Shown one piece after another: positions 33,424 to 45,400 of a stretch of 64,000 nt of DNA (its first letter is position 1; every line of letters starts with the position of its first letter). The DNA is from Azolla caroliniana. Lineage: Eukaryota > Plantae > Polypodiophyta. Both the position numbers and the translations under genes were made by a program. The stretch spans positions 21,886,001-21,950,000 of the forward strand of contig JBHGNT010000004.1 of assembly GCA_043228905.1 (NCBI GenBank), given 5' to 3'. Under the pieces are notes generated by a model. It worked only from the letters and a program-made list of their open reading frames with translations, was not told the DNA's origin and made no database searches.

Positions 33424-36400
33424 GAAATGCTCACAGCAACTGCAAAACAGGGAAAACTAAGATTTATCACTGGACTAGTTGCCAAGTCCAAAGCCACATC
33501 ATTTGAACGGATTCTTTTCAGGGCGACGCGTGGTAATCTGCTTTTTAAGAAGGCTGAAGTTGAAGAACCTGTATTAGACCCTGCCACAGGCGATAAGGTT
33601 TGGTGATGTTTTCACTCTTCATCTAGTAATGTACCTAGAGCTTTCAGTATCCTATTTATGATCATTTTCCAACACACTATATGATACCTAATTGTAAACA
33701 AGATGCTAGCAAATCCCTTTAGGATATATTTACCAATGTGGATCTTGACTGTCAGGTGGAGAAAATTGTATTCCTTGTGTTCTATTCTGGTGAACGAGCA
33801 AAAACTAAGATTATGAAGATATGTGAGGCTTTTGGAGCAAACAGATATGTGTTTCCTGAAGATGATGTTCGACAGGCACAAATGATAAATATGGTATTCA
33901 ATTTGTAAGTCAGTGAAATAAAATCAGCTTGTATTTCAGTACTACAATATAATTTATCAATATTTTACAGGTCTCGGCACGTATATTAGAGTTAAAGACT
34001 ACCATAGATGCCAGTAACACGATCAAGAATAATTTGCTCTCCACAATCGCACATGACATTGATTCCTGGACTGTAGCGGTGTGTGACTTAATGAATTATG
34101 TTTAAGTTTCAGATAAGAACTTAAATCTGCTTTTCTTGTTCTAAATGTCTCAAAATCTCATCAAATTGCTGTTTTGTCCATACAGGTTACACGGGAAAAG
34201 GCAGTTTACCATACATTGAATATGCTGAGTTTTGATGTTACGAGGAAGTGTTTGGTGGGAGAAGGGTGGTGTCCTGTATCTGCCGGACCTCAGGTATAGT
34301 GTTTTCAGAACTATTTTTCTAGCTTTATATACAGGCTGGAATGAGTTAGAGGAAGCACTACTACTGTATGTGCACATGATATTCTTATGCATTTTATCTG
34401 CACAGATTCAAGATGCCCTTCAGCGTGCAGCTCATGACAGCAAATCTCAGGTGGTGACTATATTTCAAGTCATAAAAACCAAAGAAATGCCTCCAACTTA
34501 CTTTAAGACGAATAAGTTCACTGCCTCTTTCCAAGATATTGTTGATGCATACGGGTTGGTGCTTAAGTGGTATATAGTGATATATGCTTCTTGAATTCTC
34601 ATCATTTTCACTCACTTCTGTTCATTGGTTAATTTTTGTTGAACAGTATATCAAGATATCAAGAAGTCAATCCAGCAGTATTTACAATTGTGACGTTTCC
34701 ATTTTTATTTGCTGTCATGTTTGGTGATTGGGGCCATGGAATTTGTCTATTGCTTGCAGTTCTTTGGCTCCTTTTTAATGAAAGGAAGTATGGAAGTCAG
34801 GTAGTTGTCTATGAATCTCCATCTCTCGTTTGGTCTTATAGGCCATTTTGGCCTCTTAAAAGACAATAGTATATCTTTCTTTCTTTCTCTCCATTTAGCA
34901 ATACCTGCAATTACATTTTCTCTCTTTCTCTCTGTGCATCTCCTCCCTCTTTTCTTGTGTTCTCTCTCTCTGCGTTTAGGGTTTATGCTCTGCGTTTAGG
35001 GTTTTGGCTCTGTCTGTCTTTTCTGAAATGTCTGTCCTCTGTGTTTTCTGCAATGCCTGATCCTGTGCATTCTCTTCCAAATCTGATTTCTTGTATCTTC
35101 ATCTGTTCCTGTATTCTTTCTGCCTAGTAGTAATTTCTATTCTTTCGGCCCTCAACATCCGACACCATGGAGTCCGAAGGGACAGACACTGAAAAGATGG
35201 ATCTTAACACGCACGATGAGGGTCCAGATCTATTGAAGACCACAAGAAGATATCATAGACGAAAAGGACGGGACGTGAATAGCGTCAGGAGGGCGCATAA
35301 GGAACCTAGAACGTAGGCCCCATCCGACATTCCATTCGATGTTGAAAATGGGAAACATGATCTTTTACGCCATTTGATTGCGCAAGAGATCAACCTTATT
35401 AGAGAAGATATCGAAATAGCACTAAAAGAAGAAATGAAAAAGGAGATAGAGAAACAGAAATCAGAATTGTACGCCTCTATCAAGGCTGAGTTATTAGAAG
35501 AGATGCGGAAAGACATAATAAGCCATGTGGAGAAATCACACTTAGAGCTCAAGGATGACATGACACAATACCTTAAGGATAAAATATCCTCAAGTAATGT
35601 TGAGTTAGGAGCTATAAAAGTGGATTTCGAAAAAGGACAAGAAGCAGTGGAAAGATGCATCTCTACAGTGAAAGCCAATGTCACGAAGGAAATGCAAACA
35701 TGGGCAGACATCGCCAAAGATGCCAAAGCTCAAGCCGAGCACGCTCCACAAAACGAAATTAAAGAAAATGCTCCTTGGATAGAGGTAGTAAAAAAGCAAA
35801 AAGGAACATCCATGGATAGGATGGCAATGATGAATGCTACTTTAGAAGAAGAAGCCAAGAGGAAAGCTCGTGTGTTGCATGTACGAGTGGTTGGTTGGGC
35901 CGAAAAGGGAAGTCCACAAGAAGATGCCAAGAATCTTGCAACAAAGATTGGAGCATCAGATATTCCATTTGCTTCAGCGTGGAGAGTGGGAAGAGATGAG
36001 TCTAGAGCTAAAGCCCTTATCATCCGCTTCATGGATACTGACAAGAAAAAAGCTTTCCTCTCTAAAAGAAAGGCACTCAAGGGTGAAAAGATATACTTAG
36101 ATGACGATCTCACTCCAACCCAAGTGGCACACCGCAAAGAAAACATGCCACGGGTGCTTGATGCAAGAAAGGAAGGTAAATGGGCCGTATATAGAGACGG
36201 CAAGGTCATTATTACAGAGAAGAGATCCGCATGACGATATATGGCCTATGAGACCCTACGCATGACCATATGGAATTGCAACGGCTCTCTACGGACAGAT
36301 GTCAGATATTTTGAAGATACATTGAAAAACACAGATATTGCTATGTATACAGAGACTCACCAATGTATGGCTAGCAAACTCCCCGAGGGACAAGGATACA

Positions 36401-39400
36401 GATGGGAGTCAATATGTCGCCCCCAACCTCGGACACGAGGAAGCACTAGAGGTTCGGGAGGAGTGGCTATGCTATACAAAGAGGAGCTCCATGGTAGAGT
36501 GCATGTTGTACATAAGGATGTGGATACACGCTACATGTGGATATGCATAAAAAGAGGGGATCTTAGGGAGCTATCTATTGCAATTTGCTACTTTCCACCT
36601 GCCTATTCAAGGTTTGCACCTCTAGGTGAATCACCATATCTACCATTATACGATGATATCATAAGATTTGCTACTATGGGGGATATAATTCTATTAGGAG
36701 ATTTTAATGCACAAACCAAGGATGAACAAACAACTATATTTAACACCAACGAGGCTGTCTATGGAGAAGTTATGGCGGAAGAGGTTGGTCTAAAGAGAAA
36801 AGCTCAACATATGAGTGCTATAACTGAATATGGAAAACACTTTCTAGCCTTGGGAAGCGCGCATGGACTTGTGATATATAATGGCTTGTCACAATGGCCT
36901 GGATCAGATGCTTTGACATGTTGGAACCCAAAAGGGGGTGCAAGCACAGTCGATTATCTAATGGGATCTCCATCTCTTATACTTGAAATAAAAGTGTTCA
37001 CTATATCGGGAAGACCTATTGGCTTGGCAGCTGATCATGCATATCTATGCCTTGAGGTAAAGGATGGATGCACAAAGGATGTATATGCTAAGGAGAGGGG
37101 GCTGGCTAGGTATCTATTCATTCGCGAGACAATTGATGTCTATAGTTGTGGTGTATACAATGGCATGCTAGATTTGGATCCTTTCGCACCCCTTGAAGAA
37201 CTTACCCAAGGTTTATCCAAATCATTGCATAAAGCAGCCACAAAAGCCTTCCCTCACACAACGGCTAACCCCCCCAAACTCGGTAGAGGAATACAAAATA
37301 GTTGGTATGATGATGAATGTCGTGATACAAGGAGATCCTTGCAACGTGATGTAACTCGGGGCATTTATACACACAACCAAGTGAGAGCAACCTTCCAACG
37401 CCTCGTAAGGAGGAAGAAGAGATTGTATTTGGCTAAATTTGAAGATCATTTGTATCGCTTGTTTCTAGGACGAGAGAGTAAAAGAGCATGGAAACTGTTT
37501 AATGAGAGGCAACCCACCACACAACTGACCTCACCTCAGGTGTGGCACGAATATGCAAAGGTCCTATATGATATCCCGAGGCAACCTCCTCTTCCCCACC
37601 CGAATGCCTCACGCCCACATGAATCAACCTTCTTTACACCACAAAATGTAAGAAATGCCATTGATAGGCTGCAACTTGGGAAGGCCCAAGATCATGATGG
37701 ATTGGTGGGTGAACACTTTATCTATGCCCGTGACACCTTGCTCCCATTGCTAGCACACATCTTTAATGGAGCTATGTGCGAAGGTTTTCCTACTAGATGG
37801 ACTCAGCATACCATTGTGCCAATCCTCAAGAGTGGAGACCCCATGATGCCAAGCAACTATAGGACAATCATGATTGGCCATTACTTGGCCAAACTATATG
37901 GCTCGATTCTGGAATCAGAATTGAGTATATGGGTAGAGCAAAATGGCTGCCGCTCAATTGGACAGGCAGGCTTTTGGAAGGGTTTCACAACTTTGGATCA
38001 CATATTCACCCTCCGGGCCCTTATTGAGGAGGGCAGAGCCCACAATAAGAGGATTTATTGCTGCTTTGTGGATTTTCGAAAAGCCTTTGACATTGTGCCA
38101 CGTGCTCGGCTTATGTAGCAGCTAGAGGCCATTGGTGTTCCTATAGATATGCAATGGGGAATCTATGCACTCTATGAATCTGTTTCAGGAAAAGTTCGGT
38201 CTCCTAAGGGCTTGTCAGAGGCGGTGGCTAGCACAATTGGCGTGAAGCAAGGATGCCCAATATCCCCCACACTCTTTGGTCTCTATATAGAGGAGGTATC
38301 ACAGTACATAGAGAGATTTGGTGGTTCCGGAGCACACCTAGCAGGTATAGCTATACAGATATTACTATATGCTGATGATATTGTGCTGATTTCTGACTCT
38401 TTGGAGGGACTACAAAGACATCTAAATGCCTTAAAACTATTTTGTACGGACAAAGGTTTGTCAATCAACATGAATAAAACTAAAGTGATGGTGTTTAACA
38501 CCACCCAAGCATGGGTAACAAGATCAGAACCAGAATTCTTCTTGGGAGAGGAAAAGGTGGAATACACACGCTCCTACACATACCTAGGAGTAACATTTAC
38601 AGGACCTAGGTTCTCCTTACAAGAGGTCGCTTGTGCCCGACTTTCTCGTGGATATGCAGCCCTTGGTGCTCTCGAAAGACAATGTGCACATTTGCAGTTC
38701 CAAGAGCCACGGACTAAGCTATGGTTATTTGATACACTTGTCACACCAACTCTTCTCTATGGAGTAGAGACATGGGGACTGAGTCTTAACAAGGCAAATC
38801 ATTGGAAAGATTTAGAGAGACCTTTAGTGTCAATGATTGCTCGCATGATAAGGAGCAAAGCATCGGTGCCCCACGATATTATCCGGGCAGAGATGGGAGC
38901 AGCACCTATAATAACCGAGGCATTGTTCCGATCAGTGACATTTATCCAACGTCTTTGGGAGCTCTCTAAACGAAGGTACCCAAGGTTGGCACTTATGTCA
39001 TCAAGACAACTGGCTGAAAATGGAGACACGTGTTGTTGGTATGCTGAAATGCAGCAATGGTTCGAGTCACATGGCATGAGTATAAATGCACTACCCCCGT
39101 TCCAATATAGCTTGGACTGTCCCCATCTCAATATGACCAAAGTGGAAAAGAATAGAGTGATCCGAACTTATATTATTAACTTGGAAAACAAGATAACATG
39201 GATCAGCCCCAAAATACCACTTGGTACAAAGATGGCCCACTATAAGACACACTTCTTACATACGTCGGAGGATGGATTTGTCATAAGGCCACCTTATATG
39301 GACATACATCTATCCTATGCGTTGCGTAGTGTGATAGGGCAGCTGCGAACCTCATCACATCAGCTACAGATTGAGGTGGGCAGATATACACGACTACCTC

Positions 39401-42400
39401 TTGAAGAGAGAATTTGTCAATTGTGTCATCAAGGAGTGGAATCTGAAGAACACTATGTTTGTCATTGTAGTGTCTTTTATGAAATCAGAGGGAGATACCA
39501 TTGCCTCTTTAAACAAGGCTTTGGCCCACTACGCAAGGTAATGGAATATGAGGACCAAAGATGCCTAGGACTTTTCTTGCTCGAGCTCAAGAGACACCGG
39601 GAAAAGTTGTTGAAGAATACAGCCACACAAGCTCATCCACAAAGAACAATCACAACTTTCTTTAGCTCCATCACTCCTAATGCTAGAAGTCAACCCCAGG
39701 ATACCGAAATGGGATCCAGACCAGGATATAACAAAGGGGTTACGATTGATCAGGCAGTGGCAATTTGCCGTGCACGTAGGCCCCGGCCCCATGGACCACG
39801 ACCTCGACACCCTTGTCATCGACAAATAAAAGCCAGTATCTCCCGCCATCGTAGGGGCTTCCCTCGCTTTGGAGACATTTCCATTTTGGATCGACCTATG
39901 ATAGAGATATTTCGGAGACAAAAACTACAATATACCTAACTTGAGAATCTCGCATGTGCCAAAAACCAGATTCTCTCGTCTCTTTTCTTTTTCATCTTAT
40001 TTACTTTTATATTTACTGTGTAATATTTACTTTATTTTGATTTGTTCTCAAAGATGAGAAAACATTTAAGATGTAATCTCTTATTCGGTCTTATAGGCCA
40101 TTTTGGCCTCTTAAAGTTGTTAATATATCTTTCTTTCTTCTTTCTTTCTTTCTACATTTTCTAGGAAGTCTGATCCTCTGCATTTTCTACAATGTTTGAC
40201 TAATCTCTATTTTGCCTAATCTCTACGTTGTTCCCTTTGCCCTTTGCTTTTCTCAAACCACACCCTATACTTGCTGTCCTAACTATAGGATACCAAGGAT
40301 TCTGAATGGATGGCAAATGAAGATGTGGACCCACGAAGATGGTCCAGATCCATGGATGACCCTAAGAAGATACGGTGGGAGAAAAGGACGGTATGGAAGC
40401 ATCCCGAGTAGTGCCAGAAGGCGCACAAGGCACCCAAAATGTAGGTTGTGTTCAATGTCCAAAAGGGGAAACATGATCTATTACGTCATTTGGTTATGCA
40501 AGAGATCAATCTTATCAAAGATGGTATAGAATGAGCATGAAGAGAGGAAATGAAAAAGGAGATAGAGAAACAAAAAATAGAGTTGTATGCCTCTCTGAAG
40601 ATTGAGTTGAGATAGAGAAATAGAAAATAGAGTTGTTTGCCTCTCTCACGATTGAGATATGAAAAGACATCACAAGCCTTGTCAAGAAATCAAATGTAAC
40701 AATGGGCCCGGTTCGGTATCGGTTTCTTTGACTTGAAATCGAACCAAACCATTTATATAAAATGAAAACCAAAGCAAACCATTTATGAACTCCCAACCAT
40801 TTAAACCAAACCATTTAAGAAAAGGTAAACCAAACCATTTAAACTAAAACCGTTTACGGAAAAGTTGAAACCAAACTAAACCATTTAATAAAAAAATTTA
40901 ACCTAAGCATTTAAGTTAAATTAATTAAATCGATAAAATTAAATGGAAAAAACAGTTAACAAAAATTAATAAATCTTTAAACCAGTCCACTTAAACCTAA
41001 ACCCGAGTTTTAGAACCAAATCAAACTAAAACCGAACCGTTTATTAATAAGTCAAACCAAACCAAACAATTTAATTATTTGGAACTAATAAACCGTTTAC
41101 CATGGCTGAGCGGTTTGGTTTGGTTAGAGGTAAAACCGGGCCCATAGCTAAGCTCAAGGATGACGTGATGAAATATCCTCAAATAAGTTTGAATTAGTAA
41201 ATGCATCTCCACATTTAAAAAAAATGTAACTAAGGAAATGCAAACATGGGTAAAGATGGCCAGAAATGCCAATGCTCAAGCTGAGCATGCTCAAAAAGAA
41301 TTTAAAGCAATGCTCCTTTGATGGAGGTAGTGAAACAACAAAACAAAACATCGATGGATAAGATGGAAATGACGAACACTACATTAGAAGACGAAGCCAA
41401 GATGAAAGCTTGTTCATTACATTTACAAGTGGTTGGTTGGGCTAAAGAGGAAGCCCACAAGAAGATGCCAAGAATCTTAGAACAAAGATGGGAGCATCAG
41501 ATATTCCATTTGCTTCAACGTGGAGGGTGGGAAAAAAATGAGTCTAGAGTTAAAGCCCTGATCATCCGCCTCATGGATATGGAAAAGAAAAAAGCTTTCC
41601 TATTTAAAAGATGGGCACTCAAGGGTGACAATATATTTAGATGACGATCTCACTCTAGCTCAAGTGGCACATTGCAAAGAAAAGATGCCATGATTGCTCG
41701 ACGCAAGAAAGGAAGGAAAATGAGCTATATAAGAGATGGTAAGGCCATTATTACAAAAGACAGAGTCGCATGACGACGTATGGCCTATGAGAACCTTACG
41801 CATTACTGTATAAAATTGCAATGGCTCTCTATGAGCAAATGTCAGGTATTTTGAAGATACATTGAAGAACTTAGATATTGCTATGTATATACAAAGACCC
41901 ATCAATGTATGCCTAGTAAACTCCTTGATGTACAAGGATATAGATGAGAGTCAATATGTTGTTCCTAACTATGAACACCATGAAGCACTAAAGGCTCGAG
42001 AGGAGTGGTACTACTATATAAAAAGGAACTCCATGAGTGCATGTTGTGCATAAGGATGTAGATGTGCGTTATATATGAATATGAATCAAAAGAGGGGGAT
42101 CTTAGGGAACTATATATTGCAATTTTCTACTTTCCATTTGCCTACTCAAGGTTTGCGCCTCTTGGTTAAACATTATATCTACCATTATATGATGATATCA
42201 TAAGATTTGCTACTATTGGGGGCATAATACTATTAGGAGACTTCAATGCACAAACTAAGGATGAACAAACAACTTTGTTTATGGAGAAGTTATGGTAGAA
42301 AGTGTTGGTCTAGTGACAAGCTCAAGATATGAGTGGAGTAACAAAATATGGCAAACACCTTCTAGCCTTGGGAAGTGCACATGGATTTGTAATATATAAT

Positions 42401-45400
42401 GAATTGTCACAATGACCTGGATCAGATGCTTTGACATGTTTTGGAACCCAAAAGGAGGTGCAAGCACAATTGATTACCTAATGGGATTTCCATCTCTTAT
42501 ACCTGAAGTAACATAGTTAGGTATATCCGGTAGACCTATTGGCTTGGCACTCGAGAGACAATTGAAGTATATGGTTGTGGAGTATATAATGGCATGCTAG
42601 ATTTGGATCCTTTTGCCCCCTTAGATGAAGTTACACAACGATTATCATAGTCATTGCATAAAGCGGCCACAAATGCCTTTCCCCACACAATAGCCAATGC
42701 CCCCAAACTTGGTAAGAGTCATAAAAAATAGTTGGTATGATGAGGAATTCGTGATACAAGGAGACACTCGCAGCACGAAGTAACTCGAGGTATTTATACT
42801 CACAAACAAGCAACAGAAACCTTCCAACACCTCGTGAGGAAGAAGAAGAGATTGTATTTGGCTCACGTTAATGATCATTTGTATCTCTTGTTTCTAGCAC
42901 AAGAAAGTAAAAGGACATGGAGAATATTTAATTACAGGCAACCTACCACACAAATGATCTCACCTTCGGTGTGGCATGCATATGGAAAAGTACTATCAAA
43001 TATCCAAGGACAGCCTCCACTTCCCCACCCACATGAATGCACCTTTTTTACTCCACAAAATGTAAGAAATGCTAATGGTCAGTTACAACTTGGGAAGGCC
43101 CAGCATCATGATGGATTGGTTGGTGAGCACTTTATCTATGCCCGTGACATCTTGTATCCATTGCTAGTACACATTTTTAATAGAGCTATGTTTGAAGGTT
43201 TCCCTACTAGGTGGACAGAACATACCATTGTGCCAATACTCAAGAATGAGACCCCATGATGCTGAGCAACTATAGGACAATCATGATTAGCCATTGCTTG
43301 GCTAAAGTAAATGGCTTGATCCTAGACTCAGAATTGAGTATGTGGACAGAGCGAAATGGCTGCCGTTCAGCTGGACAGGCAGGCTTTCGGGAGGGGTTCA
43401 CAACTTTGGATCACAGATTGAGCCTCTGAGCCCTTATCGAGGAGGGCAGAGCCCCTAATAAAAGGATTTATTACTGCTTTGTGGATTTCTGAAAAGCCTT
43501 CGACACTATGCCATGTGCTCAACTTATGTGCCAACTAGAAGCCCTTGGTGTCCTTATAGATATACAATGGGGAATCTATGCATTGTGTGAACATGTGTCA
43601 GGAAAAATGCAGTCTCCTAATGGTTTCTCAGAGGCTGTGGCTTGCACAATCGAAGTAAAACAAGATGCTCACTATCACCTACTCTCATTGTTCTCTATAT
43701 AGATTAGATATCACATTACATAGAGAGATTTGGGGGTTCAGGAGCATGCCTTGTGGGTATAGCTATACAAATATTACTATATGCTGATGATACTAAGCTG
43801 ATTTCTGACTCTCCTGAGGGACTACAAAGACATCAAAACACCTCAAAAGTATTTTGTATGGACAAAGGTTTGTTGATAAACATGGATAAAACTAAAGTGA
43901 TGGTGTTTAACACCACACAAGCATGGGTGACAAGATCAGAACTGGAATTCTTCTTGGGAGAGGAAAAGGTGGCCTATACACACACGTATACACGTCTAAG
44001 GTTTTTCGATAAACATGGATGAAACTAAAGTGATGTTGTTTAACACCACTCAAGCATGGGTAACAAAATCAGAACCAGATTTCTTCTTGGGAGAGGAAAA
44101 GGTGGCCTATACACGCACCTACACACAAACAAAGTTTTGTCATTAAACATGGATGAAACTAAAGTGATGGTGTTTAACACCACTCAAGCATGGGTAACAA
44201 GATCAGACCAGAGTTCTTCTTGGGAGAGGAAATGGTGGCATACACATGCTCCTACACATACCTAGGAGTAACATTTAAAGGGCCTAGGTTTCCCTTATAG
44301 GAGGCTGCTCGTGCCCAATTTTCTTGTGGATATGCAGCCCTTGGTGCTCTCAAAACACTATGTGGACATTGTAATTACAAGAGCGAAAAACTCTTGTGAC
44401 ACCAACTCCTCTATGTAGTAGAAACATGGGGATCGAGTCTTAACAAGGCAAATAACTGGAAAAATTTAGAGAGACCTTTAGTTTCAATGATTGCCAACAT
44501 GATAAGGAGCAAAGCATCAGTGCCCCATGATATAATCTAGGCAGAGATGGGAACAACCCCTATAATCATTGAGGCATTATTCCAATCAGTGACATGTCAT
44601 CAAAAACAACTTGCTGAACATGGAAACATTCATTGTTGGTATGTCGAAATGCAACAAAGGAGGTTCGAGTGACATGGCATAACTATAATTGCACTCACTA
44701 CCCCCATTCCTATATAGCTTGGATTGTCCCTAGCAATGGGCACGGTTTCGGCTCAAACGGAACGGAACCGTTAAGCCATGGTTTAACGGTTTATTGGCTC
44801 CAAACAAATTTAATGGTTTGGTTTGGTTTGGATTTTCGATAAACAGTTCCGTTTGGTTCTAAAACCCGGGGTTATAGGTTTAAAGGTTTATAGGTTTTTG
44901 GTTAACTTTATTAATTTAATGGTTTTTTATTGATTTAATAAATTTAACTTAAATGTGTATTTAATTTAATGTATTTTTATTTATTTAAATATTTAATTAG
45001 TTTGACTTAAATGGTTAAGTTTAAATTTTTTATTAAATGGTTTGGCTTGGTTTCAACTTTTCCCTAAACGGTTTGGTTTTAAATACTTGAGAGTTCATAA
45101 ATGGTTTGGTTTGGTTTTTGTTTTATATAAGCGGTTTGGGTTGGGTTGGGTTGGGTTTCTTTGCCTTGAAACCGAACCGTGCCCATCGCTAATTGTCCTC
45201 ATCTAAACAGACTGAAGTGGAAATAAATAGAGTGATCCAAACTGCTATTTATAACTTGAAAACAAGATAACATGGATCGTGATCTCACCACCCTTGTATT
45301 GACAAATAAAGGCCATTATCTCCCACCATCGTAGGTGCTTCCCTCAATTCTGGATCAACCTATGCTAGATATCATTCGAAGTCCAAAATTATAATATATC

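Larger units (their letters stand above)
34890..40153 (+). mobile_element. Near-intact two-ORF LINE (RTEX-like), intronic copy 1
   Basis: Pyrimidine-rich 5' UTR, ORF1, ORF2 (APE-RT-CCHC), then a 3' UTR ending in a stem-loop and (TTTC)n. The clade call rests on the [15 protein letters not shown]...CQLC...[10 protein letters not shown] tail. Confidence 0.85.

Noticed and set aside
32607-33587. 326-aa ORF spanning the N gap
   Set aside because: Artefact of translating through Ns; it joins antisense gag and antisense VHA-a exon sequence.
34551-34559. ACGGGTTGG, a match to the proposed Gypsy target, at a VHA-a splice donor
   Set aside because: It is unoccupied and a single chance-level 9-mer, so it carries no information on targeting.
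34832-34856. GGCCATTTTGGCC hairpin as a U2 snRNA fragment or U2-targeting site
   Set aside because: Only the short GGCC-TTTTGGC core resembles U2 stem I. The adjacent U2 sequence (AAGATCAAGTGTAGTA) is absent, and a LINE 3'-end explanation fits better.
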